Positions 44,530 to 57,560 of a stretch of 64,000 bases of DNA are shown one piece after another. The notes beneath the pieces were generated by a model. The model did no database searches, had not been told where the DNA came from, and worked only from the letters and a program-made list of their open reading frames with translations. The DNA comes from the human T2T-CHM13v2.0 reference genome, Homo sapiens: assembly GCF_009914755.1 (NCBI RefSeq), contig NC_060927.1, one strand, 5' to 3'. Position 1 is the first letter of the stretch; each line of letters opens with the position of its first letter. The translations under genes and the position numbers were made by a program.

Positions 44530-45690
44530 TATCCAGTTCAATTAAACAAGTATGTATCGAGCACCTACATTATAACAAGCACTAAGCACCGGACAAATCT
44601 GCTCTTGTGGTGCTTACAGCCATTAAACAGGTAATTACCAAGGCTAACTAATGCGGAAAAGGCCCAGGTCCTTTGAGAAACTAAATTTGGCCTAAGAAGT
44701 CAGAATGGCCCTCTTAAAGAAGTGCGAGCTGAAAGATAAGTGAATCACAGAGTCATCGGGGTTATAAGGAATTGGCAACATACGTGGGTCATGAGGTAGA
44801 GATACAGTGAATAGACTTTTCAACAGAGAAGAAGCCTTAAAGCAGGAGAAAGAGCATGGTAAAACCATAGAAATTAAAGGAGATCTTTGGCAATTCATTC
44901 CTTTATTTGCCAAATATACCTCATTTGAGGGTCTAATAATGCCTAGCACTGTTCTAGACCCTGGAAATGCATTTTAGAAAACAAAACAAAGAAAAATATC
45001 TCCCTTATTGGAGCATACATTTTACTGTGGAATGATTTAAAAATTAAATGCATCATGTATCAGATGTGAAGTTCTTTGGAGTGGGGAGCATAATATGAAA
45101 TATTGCAGCAGGGTGTAGCAGGAAGCAGGGAAGGCTTCATTAATTTGGTGACATTTGAACAAAGACCTGATATAAAGGAAGGGTTAAAGCATGCAGATAG
45201 CTGAGTAAGAGCAAGTGTTAAAAAAAGCCCTGTTGTGGGAACAAGCTTGGGTGTCCAAGATTCTGGAAAAGGCCAGTGTGGCTAGAGCGAAGTATCTGAA
45301 GGAACAAAAGGTAGGAAATGAAAAGCAGAGTCACTGGGGGTGGGGAGCAAAACCATGCGGTGCTTGGGAGGCAGTTATCAAGGCAACAGCTTCTACTCTC
45401 CGAGGAAGAGAAAGCCAATGGAAGGCTCTAAGTCCAGTCATAATACAGTCTTATACATGTTTTAAGGAGATCATCAGCTACTGGGTTGACCATAAATTGG
45501 AGAAGGGCAAAGCCTTAACGGAGAAGGTGCAAGAAGGGAGTATCTTCATCTGATGTGGTTGGAGAGGTAGGCAGGGCCAAATCATGGGCAACGTTGTAAT
45601 CCAAGTTAAATATTTTAAACTTTAACATTAATATGGTCGGAAATTATAAAAAATTTTTGAATAGAAGAATGTAATGAATAGATTTCTGTG
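44530..45690 (-). mobile_element. L2 fragments
   Basis: aacaagtatgtatcgagcacctac; ggtgacatttgaacaaagacctga; aggccagtgtggctagagc. Confidence 0.65.
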
Positions 45691-45696
45691 TTTAAA

Positions 45697-46015
45697 ATTG
45701 TGCTATCCAGTATGGTATTCACTAGCCATGTGAGGTTATTGGGCACTTGAAATGCAGTTAGTTTAAATTGAGATCTGCTAAAGTACATACAGGATTTCAA
45801 ATACTTCGAGAAAAAAAAAATTTAAAATCCAAGGAATGTAAAATATTTCAATGGTTGATTTAATGTTGAAATGATAATATTTTGGATATATTGGGTTAAA
45901 TAAAATATATTATTAAAATATAATTTCACCTGTTTCTTTTTAGTATTTTAATGTGGCTACTACAAAATTTAAAATTATTTATATGTGTCTCACTTTATAT
46001 TGCTGTTAGACACAG
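45697..46015. mobile_element. MER33 hAT-Charlie MITE
   Basis: tgtgctatccagtatggta..cactagccatgtg... ttggatatattgggttaaataaaatatattattaaa... aatgtggctacta. Confidence 0.8.
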
Positions 46016-46698
46016 TGTATTTAGAAGATCACTCTGTCTGAAGAATGGATTAAAGTGGGCAAGAATAGTTGCTGAGAGGCTAGTTATGAGACTGTTCTCA
46101 AGAACAGTTCGAATATCACTAGCCTATTCTAAATATCTTAGGAGATGTTCTAAGCATTCTGAAAAGATTCTAAGAAGTGGGAAATTAACAGAAAACACGT
46201 CAGATAAGAAATTATTTAAATTCTTGTTTTAGCTACCAAAGAAAATAAGTAAAAGGTAACAATGTCTTGCTGCACAGAATTAAGTTATAAGCACGCTACT
46301 TTATATTCTGAACAATGTTTTTGGCTGAAATTTGCATGGCTGATTAAAAGAAGAAAACAATATGCTTATAATTCTTCTTTATGTGTCTTATAGGTTCTAT
46401 ATATGTACATGTAAAAATATCTTTTATATTGTGGTTCTATGGCATACATATTCCTAATTAATTTTAAACGGTCTTATTCTACAGAATAACATAAAAAACC
46501 TTTTAAATAATATTTAAAATGTTTTAAATATTACTTTATCTTAAAGTAATATTTTAAATACCACTGCAATATTTAGAATGTAAGCTCCCCATTTAGATTT
46601 ATATATTCTCTATAAATTGACTAGTATGTTAGAATTTTAAATATTGTTATAGATTAAAGGTATTACTTCAATTTCAGGTCCAACTTGTTAATTTTTGA

Positions 46699-47032
<334 letters not shown>

Positions 47033-48008
47033 AATTTTGGGCTAATTATTAACAGACCTATCCTGTCGAATATATTCAGTTATTTTAAACTGCATATTTT
47101 AGTAGAAAACAATTATTTTATTGGCAAACTGTATAAGGTAGATTTATTGACTATTTTGTGATACATTGTCATAACTGCTGTCATAAGATCACATTTAGTA
47201 ATTATTTTTAAACAATACTTCAATTATGAAAATGTTAGCAATGTTTCTCATATATTATTTATGTATTCTGAATTTTCAAAATTTTAGAACAATATGTTAA
47301 TGATAACCTTTTTTGAGTGACTATATACTATTTATTTATTAATAAGTTATTGAAGAGACTATTGTATATTTGTGTACCACCACTCCTCATTGATGTTGAT
47401 ATTGAATAACCAACCTCTTGATAGTAATTTTACTGTGTGGAATTGGTAATTTTGCTTCTTTTGAATTACTAGATCATTTATAAAAATATTATTATAAAAG
47501 CAAACATAAACTATCAAAAAATAGAGTTACAGCATATACAAAAGAAAATTTAGCCACTAAGAAAGGTGTCAAAGACATACTTTCACCAAATTAGAATTTT
47601 CTTCTTGACTACTCAGAAGAACTGAAGGGAAAATAGAATGTAAATACATTTTGAACAGAATGGTTTAATGTTATTTAATGCCTTCTCTGAGAACGACACA
47701 AAATCATTTTCCTTACTGCCAGTCATGGGCATCCCCATTCTTAGGTAAGCACTGATATTTTGTGTGCACGTGCCCGTGTGAGTGTGTGTGTGTGTATGTG
47801 TGTATGCTTGAGGTATAATTTTAAAAATTAGCAGCCTCAGCTAAAATATGATTGCATTGTGGTTTTATTAACTCTCAATAACTAATTTCATTTGTTAATC
47901 TTAATATAGATGTCTTCTCTATGTATGTGTAACACTGTACTCTGAGATCCAATGTGAATATAAATTAAAGTATGTTGTACATGTACAAATAAAAGAATCC
48001 TAGCAATA

Positions 48009-48042
48009 ATAACTAAAAAAGTGTTTTTTTCTCTTTTTACAG
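48009..48042 (+). promoter_or_regulatory. 3' splice acceptor: putative branch region, polypyrimidine tract and AG
   Basis: taactaa...tgtttttttctctttttacAG. Confidence 0.9.
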
Positions 48043-48198
48043 CTTGCAGACCAGGATTCTATAAAGCTTTTGCTGGGAACACAAAATGTTCTAAATGTCC
48101 TCCACACAGTTTAACATACATGGAAGCAACTTCTGTCTGTCAGTGTGAAAAGGGTTATTTCCGAGCTGAAAAAGACCCACCTTCTATGGCATGTACCA
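48043..48198 (+). CDS. EPHA6: Internal coding exon (156 bp, phase 1-1) of ephrin type-A receptor 6, Cys-rich/EGF-like region preceding the first FN3 repeat
   Basis: Translates (A)CRPGFYKAFAGNTKCSKCPPHSLTYMEATSVCQCEKGYFRAEKDPPSMACT; canonical ttttacag| and |gtaagt; sequence matches recalled EPHA6 rather than EPHA3 (KALDGNMKCAKC) or EPHA5. Confidence 0.95.
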
Positions 48199-48204
48199 GT
48201 AAGT
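48199..48204 (+). promoter_or_regulatory. 5' splice donor
   Basis: CCA|gtaagt. Confidence 0.93.
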
Positions 48205-48984
48205 CTATACATTTTGGATTTGGAAATTCTGTTTCCAACCCTTTTGGTCTTTTCATTCTAAATTTAAAAAATAAGTAAATGTACAAAATCTTGCATTATC
48301 AATGCCATTTGTCTGTGATAACAGTCAAGGAAAAAGCTTCTCTCTCTTCTCAGCATAGTTGCTTTTCAACTCTTTGTAAAGAATGGGTTTACTCCTCAAA
48401 ATTCATTTGGATTCATGATGTACAAATGCCAGCACTGGTTTGAGGCCCTACAAGTTTTCCTTATCCATAATCTGTCCTTAGGAAATTATAGCAGTTGAAG
48501 GCTGCATGAGAAGTTATGAACAAAACTTCTGTTCTTTGCTTCAACCCTTGACCATTTTAAAGCATATCAATTTAGGACCATATAGTTAACGCGTGAGGGA
48601 GATTCCAGAGGAAACTTTAAAAGTCATTGTGTTATTGTTATGTAGAAAAGTTCAAGTTCCCTTGACATTTATCTTTAAAGGCAGGTATTTTTGAGTTTTT
48701 CCACATTTCACCTCTTACTTTCTCTCCAATATTTTTGGTTAGAAGCAGTAGAATGTTAAATCTAAATGTGAAGGTCATTTTAATGCATACACCAAGAATT
48801 TTAAATGAATTGTATTCTTCTATTATTAAAATATTGTAAAATATCAGTACATTTAAAAAATAAAAGTGAATATATTAATACATTGCTAAGTTATGCAAAA
48901 GTAAAATAATCACCCCTTAGATTTTTTTTAAAGTTTTGTTTAATATGTTAACATAAAAACAAAAAACACAATATATAAATTTAG

Positions 48985-49360
<376 letters not shown>

Positions 49361-49944
49361 TAGCCTCTGACCAAGACATGCACTTTGAGGGTGGTAAGAA
49401 TGACAGGGATTTACGCTGAGTGAGGTGGTCAAAGACACATATTAAATAACGCTATAGGAGTCATGAAATTTATGAAAGCAGAAACATGCACATGGGCAAT
49501 TGAGCTTCATGCCTCAGCATGGGACCCATGTACAAAAAAATGGCCATGTTAGCACAACCCAAGGGTGGAGTTTTCAGCCCTCTGATGTCAAAAGGTGAAG
49601 CAGAGGACGTAGAAACCCTCACTGAGCATACTCTGGACTGGCCAGAACTACTCCGTGGTTGGTGGTCTCTTATCAGGAAGGAAGCTGGTTAGTTGTTATG
49701 TCTAAACCACAGAAAGGGAGGGGCAGCATCAGATAGTTGATATCAGCGGTGGAGTGGGTCTTTAAAAAGGGCTGGCTTCTCTTTAACCCTTGAAGAAGGA
49801 AGCTTAATGGTAGTAAAGGAGGGAGGTGTGTCCAGCCTCTCATCTCATCATCATAGTCGGGATCCCAGTTTTAAGGTTTCTCTGGGGTAAGCTTGGCCAT
49901 GAGGGGGTCTGTTCAATAGGTTGTGGAATTCGGATTTTATTTAA

Positions 49945-50301
49945 TTTTTATTTTTATAACAATAGTTTTTGGGGAACAGGTGGTGTTTGGTTGCATGGGG
50001 GAAGTTCTTTTGTGGTGATTTCTGAGATTTTGGTGCACCCATCACTCGAGCAGTGTACACTGTACTCAATGTGTAGTCTTTTATCACTCACTACCCTCCC
50101 ATCCTTCCCCACTGAGTTCCCAAATTCCATTATATCATTCTTATGTTGTTGCTCCTCATACCTTAGCCACCAGTTATGTGAGAACATATGATGTTTGGTT
50201 TGCCATTCCTGAATTACTTCACTTAGAATAATGGTCTCCAACTCCAGGTTGCTGCAAATACCATTATTTTGTTCCTTTTTATTGCTGAGTAGCATTCTAT
50301 G

Positions 50302-50336
<35 letters not shown>

Positions 50337-51286
50337 ATGTAAATGTCATATAAATGTTATATATATATATATGTCACATTTTCTTTATCCACTTATTAGC
50401 TGATGGGCATTTGGACTGGTTCAACATTTTTTTGCAATTGCAAATTGTGCTCCTATAAACATGCATGCGCAAGTGTCAAATAATGACATCTTTTCCTCTG
50501 GGTAGATAGATACCTAGTAGGGGGGATTGCTGGATCAAATGATAGTTCTCCTTTTAGTTCTTTAAGGAATCTCCATACCGTTATCCGTGGTAGTTGTACT
50601 GGTTTACATTCCCACCAGCAGTGTAAGTGTTTGCTTTTCACCACATCCACATCAACATTTATGATTGTTTGATTTCTTAATTATGGCCATTCTTGCAGGA
50701 GTAAGGTGGTATCGCATTGTGGTTTTGATTTGCATTTCCTTGATAATTAGTGATGTTGAGCATTTTTTCATATGTCTGTTGGCAGTTTGTGTATCTTCTT
50801 TTGAGAATTGTCTATCCATGTCCTTTGCCAACTTTTTGATGGGATTATTTGGTTTTTTTTCTTGCTGATTTGTTTGAGTTCCTTGCAGATTGAGTTCCTT
50901 TGTTGGATGCATAGTTTGCAAATATTTCCTCCTGCTCTGTGGGTTGTCCATTAACTCTGCTGATTATTTCTTTTGCTGTGTGAAAGCTTTTTAGTTTAAT
51001 TAGGTCTTATCTATTTGTCTTTGGTTTTCATTGCATTTGCTTTTGGGTTCTTGGTCATAAACTCTTTGCATAAGCCAATGTCGAGAAGAATTTTTCTGAT
51101 GTTATCTTCTAGAATTTTTATGGTTTCAGAACTTAGATTTAAGTCTTTGATCTATATTGATTTGATTTTTGTATCAGGTGAGAGATGAGGATCCTGTCTC
51201 ATTCTTCTACGTGTGGCTTGCCAATTGTCCCAGCACCATTTATTGAATAGGGTGTCCTTTCTCCACTTTATGTTTTTGTTTGCTTT
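49945..51286 (-). mobile_element. 5'-truncated L1PB (L1PB1-like)
   Basis: 3' end tttttggggaacaggtggtgtttggtt...ctgagattttggtgcacccatcac; ORF2 remnant [32 protein letters not shown] (50652-50951); internal (TG)n(TA)n. Confidence 0.9.
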
Positions 51287-52349
51287 TACTTTTATTTATC
51301 AGTTACATAAGTCAGATATTAAGGTGAACATTTGCCCTTCCTGGTGATGAATTGGTACCAAAATTTTGCTTATTTTATTTACTTCCATAGAAGCAAAACT
51401 AGACTTATGTAATGTCACATATTTCTTAGAGGCATTTCTTAGAGATGTCCCAATTTTTTAAACTTAACTAATGCAGTTCATAGATTTGTCTGTATTACTA
51501 TAGATTTCCTTATAAAATATTTTTATGGAACACATTTAATAAAAATGTAATACATTCATTGTTGCTATTCATTAGTAGATGTAATTTTGGCTTTCTGATT
51601 GTAAATGCTAAGTGACTGCTTTCTTCAGAAAATTACAGCCTAGAAAATTACTACTTAGGTATTTTTTTTCCTGTGAACATATTTTAAATTTATAAATAGC
51701 AAAATAAAACTTCTTAATATAATTTCTCACTTATGGAAAAAAGTTTTTAGCAGACAAATCTTCCTATTACTATACATGCAATCTTTCTTGCATGGTTACT
51801 GAATAGTATTATATATAGTATGGACAACATACTACAGTTTAGGTAGTTTGTGATATTTCAAATAGTTACAGACCTGTCAGGCATGTATCCCTCAAAACCT
51901 ATGTAGGAAACTGAATGGAGCTTTCTAAGTGTTAGAGGAAAATATCTTTTTATTTTCTTAGGAGGCTATAAATAGAAAATTGGTAAATTGAGGAAATAAG
52001 TTCCCATCAATGTAACCCTTTAGTAAAGTAGTATAGTCAATAATTGAGAAGGCTTAGAGTTATTCAGCATGACAAACTAGTCAAAGAAAAATAAATATGG
52101 GCTACAACAAGGTCTATGAATGTGATAAGCTTGTCAGTCATTTTTGAATCAGATATGTGTATTTTTCCACATCATTTTATGTCACTTAAATTTGCTATCA
52201 TTTCTAATTTCCTTCTTTAATGCTTAATATTATAAATTATATTTCAGAAATGCTAGCCTAGCTTGTTTATTCAAAGTAGAAGCAAAGAAAGGTTTAATTC
52301 TGTCATGGCTGGGCAGAATTTTAGACAGGGAAGAGCATGCCATTGTTGC

Positions 52350-52956
52350 TATAGGGCAGGAAAAATAATTTTCCTTCTACGCTTCATAGTTCTTAGTTGA
52401 GACAGACTCCAGTAACAAAAGAGATTAGAAAGAGAAAAGCAAACAGTAATTTACTAACATGTACCTCGTGTATACATTGGACATACCTAGGGAATGAGTA
52501 AATCTCAAAGAGGTAGCTCTGAGTTTAGGTTTAAATACCATCTTCAGCTGCAGCAAAGAAAGAAGAGTTTTGGGTGGCGGAGCAGTAATGGGGAGGTAAA
52601 ATCACAGTAAACCAGGACAGGATTTGTTATGTTGATTTAAGTCAGTGCCTTCTTCATGGATAAGAGTTTCTAGTGACTTAGTGATCCTTCTCTTCCTGAG
52701 AAGACAGAGAGATACACTTACAAATGGAGATTTCCTTTGTAGATACAAATTTTCCATAGGAAAGGGTGATTTCTACTTTGTTTTCAGAGCTGCTACTGTG
52801 TCTGCAGTTTCTCAAATAAAATGACTCAAAATAATCCTTATGCCAAAGAGGCATATTTTTGAGTGGCGTATTCTGGTCTCCTATAGCCATATTTTAGGGT
52901 GACATATTCTGGTCTCCTCCAGTCATATTTTGGAGGGCATAATTTGATCTCCTACA
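52350..52956 (-). mobile_element. MER34-group ERV1 solo LTR
   Basis: ctcaaaataatccttatgccaaagaggcatattt..., three ~36-bp end repeats (52851-52956); 4-bp TSD ttgc/ttgt. Confidence 0.7.
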
Positions 52957-53169
52957 TTGTTATCAATGATCCAAAGAGAGAACCCCCAAAGAAAAGTGAA
53001 ATATAGAGCTTTAGTCAAGTTTTCCTAGTCCAGACCCAGGAAGCTTTCTTTCTCAAGGCTTCTCTCTTCTACTTTTTTAAGAGCTTACTTACTTTGTTTG
53101 GCAAAGACTCAGCTTCATGCTGAATTCACTGTCTTTTAAAGCCAGATTTTCTCAGAGCGAATCTTGGTG

Positions 53170-53915
53170 ATACAAGAGCAAACGGAAAGCTACTCTTTCA
53201 CCCTCTCTGAATGTTTACTGATATGAACTGACAATAGCCAGATTAAGAGAAGAAAAATGCGTAGAAATGTATTAATGTGCATAAGCATGGTGAGGGGGCA
53301 TATAAAACATGAGACTTGTAGAAGGTCCAGATGGTGAAGTTTATATACCCTCTTTGTAGGGGAAAGGAAATGGGGCATGTAGACAATTGGAGGGATAGTA
53401 AGTGATTTTTAGGAGAAATGAGTGCACCCAAGGAACAATGGCCTGGGAGAAAGTTCCTCTGAGGTCTGAGGGAGGTAGTGAAGAAGATGAAGGGTGGAAC
53501 TTTAGTATGAAGAAAAATAGTGTTATTATGCAGATAAAGTATCTCAGGTAATCCCTAGGAGCTGCCCTCAGAAGAATAGATGAAATGTCTTTCTGGGCTT
53601 GGTGATGACTTATAGTCGTTTCTTTTTTCCAGTGGTTAATTTTTGCTGGTTGTTTGACAAGACTCCTAGGGAAGGGCTTTTAAGACAATGCATTTCTTCT
53701 GGATGAAGTTCCCTTAAACAAATAAAGAAACTTCAGAGAAATCTCCTATTTGTGCTGTGGGAATGAAAGGGGATCAGAGAGACAGGTTGACAGGAAAGGT
53801 CAGAGAGAGATTTTGGTTTCGAGGTTTATTTCTGAGGCCCTGCAGTTTCCTCTAATTCAAAGAACTCCACATGCCAAAGGACCACATTTTTGGGTGTGAT
53901 TTTCTGAACCCCAAA
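53170..53915 (-). mobile_element. MER39/MER34-like ERV1 LTR
   Basis: aactgacaatagccagattaagagaagaaaa...ggaaaggtcagagaga...catgccaaaggaccacatttttgggtgtgattttctgaacccca. Confidence 0.6.
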
Positions 53916-53929
53916 AGCATTTATTAGAT

Positions 53930-54100
53930 ATGTAAGGTTGGGCAAATTATTTAACTTCTCTTGACTCCAGTTGTACCATCCATATTGATAACAATACATA
54001 CCTCATACTGTTGTCACAATGATTTAAATGAGTTAATATTTGAAAAGTGCTAAAAACAGTAGCTTGCACATAATGGGTGCTACATAAATGCTTGTTAAAT
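53930..54100 (+). mobile_element. MIR
   Basis: ttgggcaaattatttaacttctct...acctcatactgttgtcacaatgatttaaatgagttaata. Confidence 0.8.
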
Positions 54101-54323
54101 TAAAAAGAAAGCTGTTCTCTTACAATTCGTTTTGAAAGAGTGTCTGGTAAGTTAAAATTCAAACTATTAGAAATTTTATGTTGATGCTATTTTGTCAGGT
54201 TCACGGCTTCCATCATTTGTATTCCTGCAAACTAAAAACAATAATGATAATAATATACTGAATGCCTAAGACCTTTTCACAAAATATATTAAGTCCTGCA
54301 CCTCTAAGCCTATCATCTGATAT

Positions 54324-55017
54324 TGTTAGCAGTGGCAAATCTAACAGGCCTGCAGCGACTTGATTCCTACCTCCTCATAGGAAAGAATTTGGCTGAGGGG
54401 CATAAGTCAGTATGAGACCAAGGCAAGTTTTAGAACAGGAGTGAAAGTTTATTAAAATGTTTTTGGAACAGGAACAAAAGAAAGTACACTTGGAAGAGGG
54501 CCAAGCAGGCACCTTGACAGTTCCAGCTGCCTCATTTGGCCCTTTACTTGAGGTTATATACATTGGCATGGTTCCAGGGTTTCTGTTTCTTCTCTCCTGA
54601 TTCTTCCCTTGGGGCTGGCTGTCTTCATGCACAGTGGCCTGCTGGCACTCGGGAGGGGCCACATGCACAGTATGTTTACTGAAGTTATGCACATGTTCAC
54701 TGGAGTCATTTTTTCTTACTGAGTGTTTCTAGGGGAAGGTCATATACCGGTCAAACTCTGCAATTTTGCCTCTTATGTACCTGCTTGAGCCCACTCGTCC
54801 AATTCCTGAGATCTTATTGGTAAGCAGCTGATCACCAGCTTCAGGTGTTTTCTATCTATTGGGAGACCACTGTTCCCTGGCACCAGCTGCCACCAATTAT
54901 GGTTTTAGAGAGATAGTTTAACAGCCACCTGACCATCACCTGGTCATTGCCTGACATTCTTGGGGTGGAGGGCCCTCTCCTGCCCTGTTCATGTCTGCCT
55001 AGCTGCCTACTCCATCA
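54324..55017 (-). mobile_element. MER50 ERV1 solo LTR
   Basis: gggccctctcctgccctgttcatgtctgcctagctgcctactc end; TG...CA; perfect 4-bp TSD atat. Confidence 0.85.
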
Positions 55018-56149
55018 ATATCAGTGAGGTAGTCTGAATCATACTTTGATTAGTATGGAGTGACCCTAGCAGTTATTACAATGTATGCAAAAAAAAAAAA
55101 AAAGCAAGTACCATAAACTTCAAAACATTATGTCTTCTAAAACTTAAAAGATGAGATTGTTGGGGAAGAAGATCAGAAAAATGACAAGTTAAGAGGTTGT
55201 TGAACAATTACACTTAAGAGGTTCATGGTAAGTCCAGCAAGATATAGAACTTTTGGGGCCAGGAATCGAACAAGCAGTCAATCTTTCCTGTTTTTCATTA
55301 ACCACAAACAGTAGCAATATTTTAATAGATATGCATTCTCTCCATGCTAGATATTGTATTTCTATGAATTTGCCATTATTTATTTCCTTTATTCTTATGG
55401 TGTATTATCTAAGAGTTGGAATTTAGATCATCAGTCATTCCCATTACTATCTGGTGTCTTGGTCAATCTTAGCATTTAAAACGGTGCTTTCAGAGAACCT
55501 TCTAGGGATTTAAAAGGAAGCATTTTTTGGTGTCAGGGGTAGAGAGAAAAGTAACTAAAAATTTCAAGTATGTGATGAAACCATTTTGAATGTATGATTA
55601 ATAAAATGAAGAACTAAAATTGTGGAAATGAGTAACCAAAATATTTGGCCAGTAAATGGCCTAGTAGGTGAAAATTTCATAGATAGGTATAGGAGGCAAT
55701 CATATAAATGATAAGATTTTAAGGATGCTAAGAAGCCCGGTTCCTTAGTGATTTTCTCAAAACAACAGCAACAAACCTAAAATTTTTCTAGTACAACACA
55801 GCATGAGATTTTACCATTAAGAGTTTTACAGATTTCTTTGGGTTTGTAGAGATGGTGTCTTTTTATTTTATAATCCTAATTTATTCACATAAAGATTATT
55901 AGGTGTCTCAAATGGCTACAGTCTAAAGAAAATTATGTCTCACATTCAAAGCTAATCCTTCCAATTGTTGGGGGATGATCTGATCTTTCAATTTTCTGTT
56001 GGGCCTAGCTGGTTTTGTTTATCTCCTCTACTGAATTTTTGTTTCTGCTAACTCCTTCCTTAGAACCTATAGTATATATTCAAATTTATATTATCAAAAA
56101 AAATGCTCCCAGTCCAATTTTTCTCTTCTCTAAAACAAATACCTTGGAA

Positions 56150-57560
56150 AAATCATCGTCATTGGCTATGTCTACTTTTCACTTTTAATTTGCTTTTTAC
56201 TCTGTTGCATTTAGATGTTCCCATTCACTCTACTACAAGAAGATTTTGTTTTTACTACTTCTAGTAAACTGCATAAGAAAAATTCACCAATGATCTTCAT
56301 TGACATTTTGTATTAGAAACATTTTTTGTCCTGTTATTCATGACACTTATCCTGTTGATCATTCTTTTTTTCTTGCAACTTCCTGTTCCCTTTTAATCTA
56401 AGACATTGCAATCTCCGTTTCACCCTCCTAATTTTCTGATCATTTTGTTTATCACCATTGATGATTCTTCTTCTTTTGCTCACCTGTTAAATATTAAATT
56501 TTCCCATGTTCTTTTTATTGCCCTTTTATCTTTTCATATGTTCTCCTTAACTCCCATAATTTCAAATGTCACCTGTAGATAGATGATGCCCATATTTTTA
56601 TCCATATCTCAGTCTTCTCTCCTGAGGTGCAAAGTCTTCTAGACAACTGATTGTGGGATCTGACAACCTGTATGTCCTATGGAAACCTGCCTGCATCTCT
56701 GACCTTATATTATAGCATACTCCCCTTGATTACCAAACTCCTGGACTTCAAAGATGCTGAACTTGTGTTCATTCTCAGTGCCAGCAGTTTCCTCTACTTG
56801 AAATGCTCCTTCCTTAGGTTTTATTTTTGCTATTCAGAATCAAATATCAGCTTTTAGGGCAGGCATTTCCTGACTGCCCCCTCAAAATAAAATTATTCGC
56901 AGTTACTCCTTTTTATGTCATTGTGCTTTCTTTTTTATAGATTATATCATTCTTAGAAAATACTTGGTTTATTTATATACTTGCTTCCTCATTTGTTGTC
57001 ATTCTGTCCACAAGAGACTACAAGGTACCTGGCATATAGTAGACACTAAGAACCTGATGAATGAATAACTAATAATTTCAAGCTCAACCTGAGTTAGCCA
57101 GTATTATTGCTTTCTCTCTCAGACTGCTTATCAAGCCTAGCTTTTGTTTCTGTGTCCTGATGAATCATCATCAATCCACCCATCTAAGCCATGAAGCTTA
57201 AGTCATAACCCCTACCCCTGACTTCAAAATAGCCTTTCAGTTCTACTTTTTAGCATTTCTTCTATCCATTCCTTCTTGTAAATTCCTGGCCTTATCCTTT
57301 TAGTTAAGACTCTCAACTTTCCTTTGGGTTAATTTAACAATCTCCTAGCAACTCTCCTTCCTTTAGTCTTCCATCCTTCCTAAATATCTTCCAAATTATT
57401 AGAAAGTATTATTTCTAAATGAACAACAATAACAATGAAAAACTTTGATCATATCCCCACTGCTGCTTATAGCCTTTCACATCTACAACCCTTCTTTGCC
57501 AAAATTATAAGTCAATCTAAGGACATCCAAGGTTCAGGCTTGGTCTGTCTCTCCCTAACC
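56150..57560 (+). mobile_element. L2 fragments
   Basis: Pyrimidine-rich; agatgatgcccatatttttatc, gtacctggcatatagtagacactaag...tgaatgaa 3' end. Confidence 0.6.

Noticed and set aside
48021-48278. 85-aa ORF as a standalone small protein, or alternative acceptor at 48020-48021
   Set aside because: The ORF is the EPHA6 exon plus intron flanks starting at GTG; the upstream AG has an A-rich context with no pyrimidine tract.
52851-52956. Three ~36-bp repeats as a CRISPR-like array
   Set aside because: Contiguous diverged tandem units with no spacers at the end of a MER34-group LTR in a primate genome.
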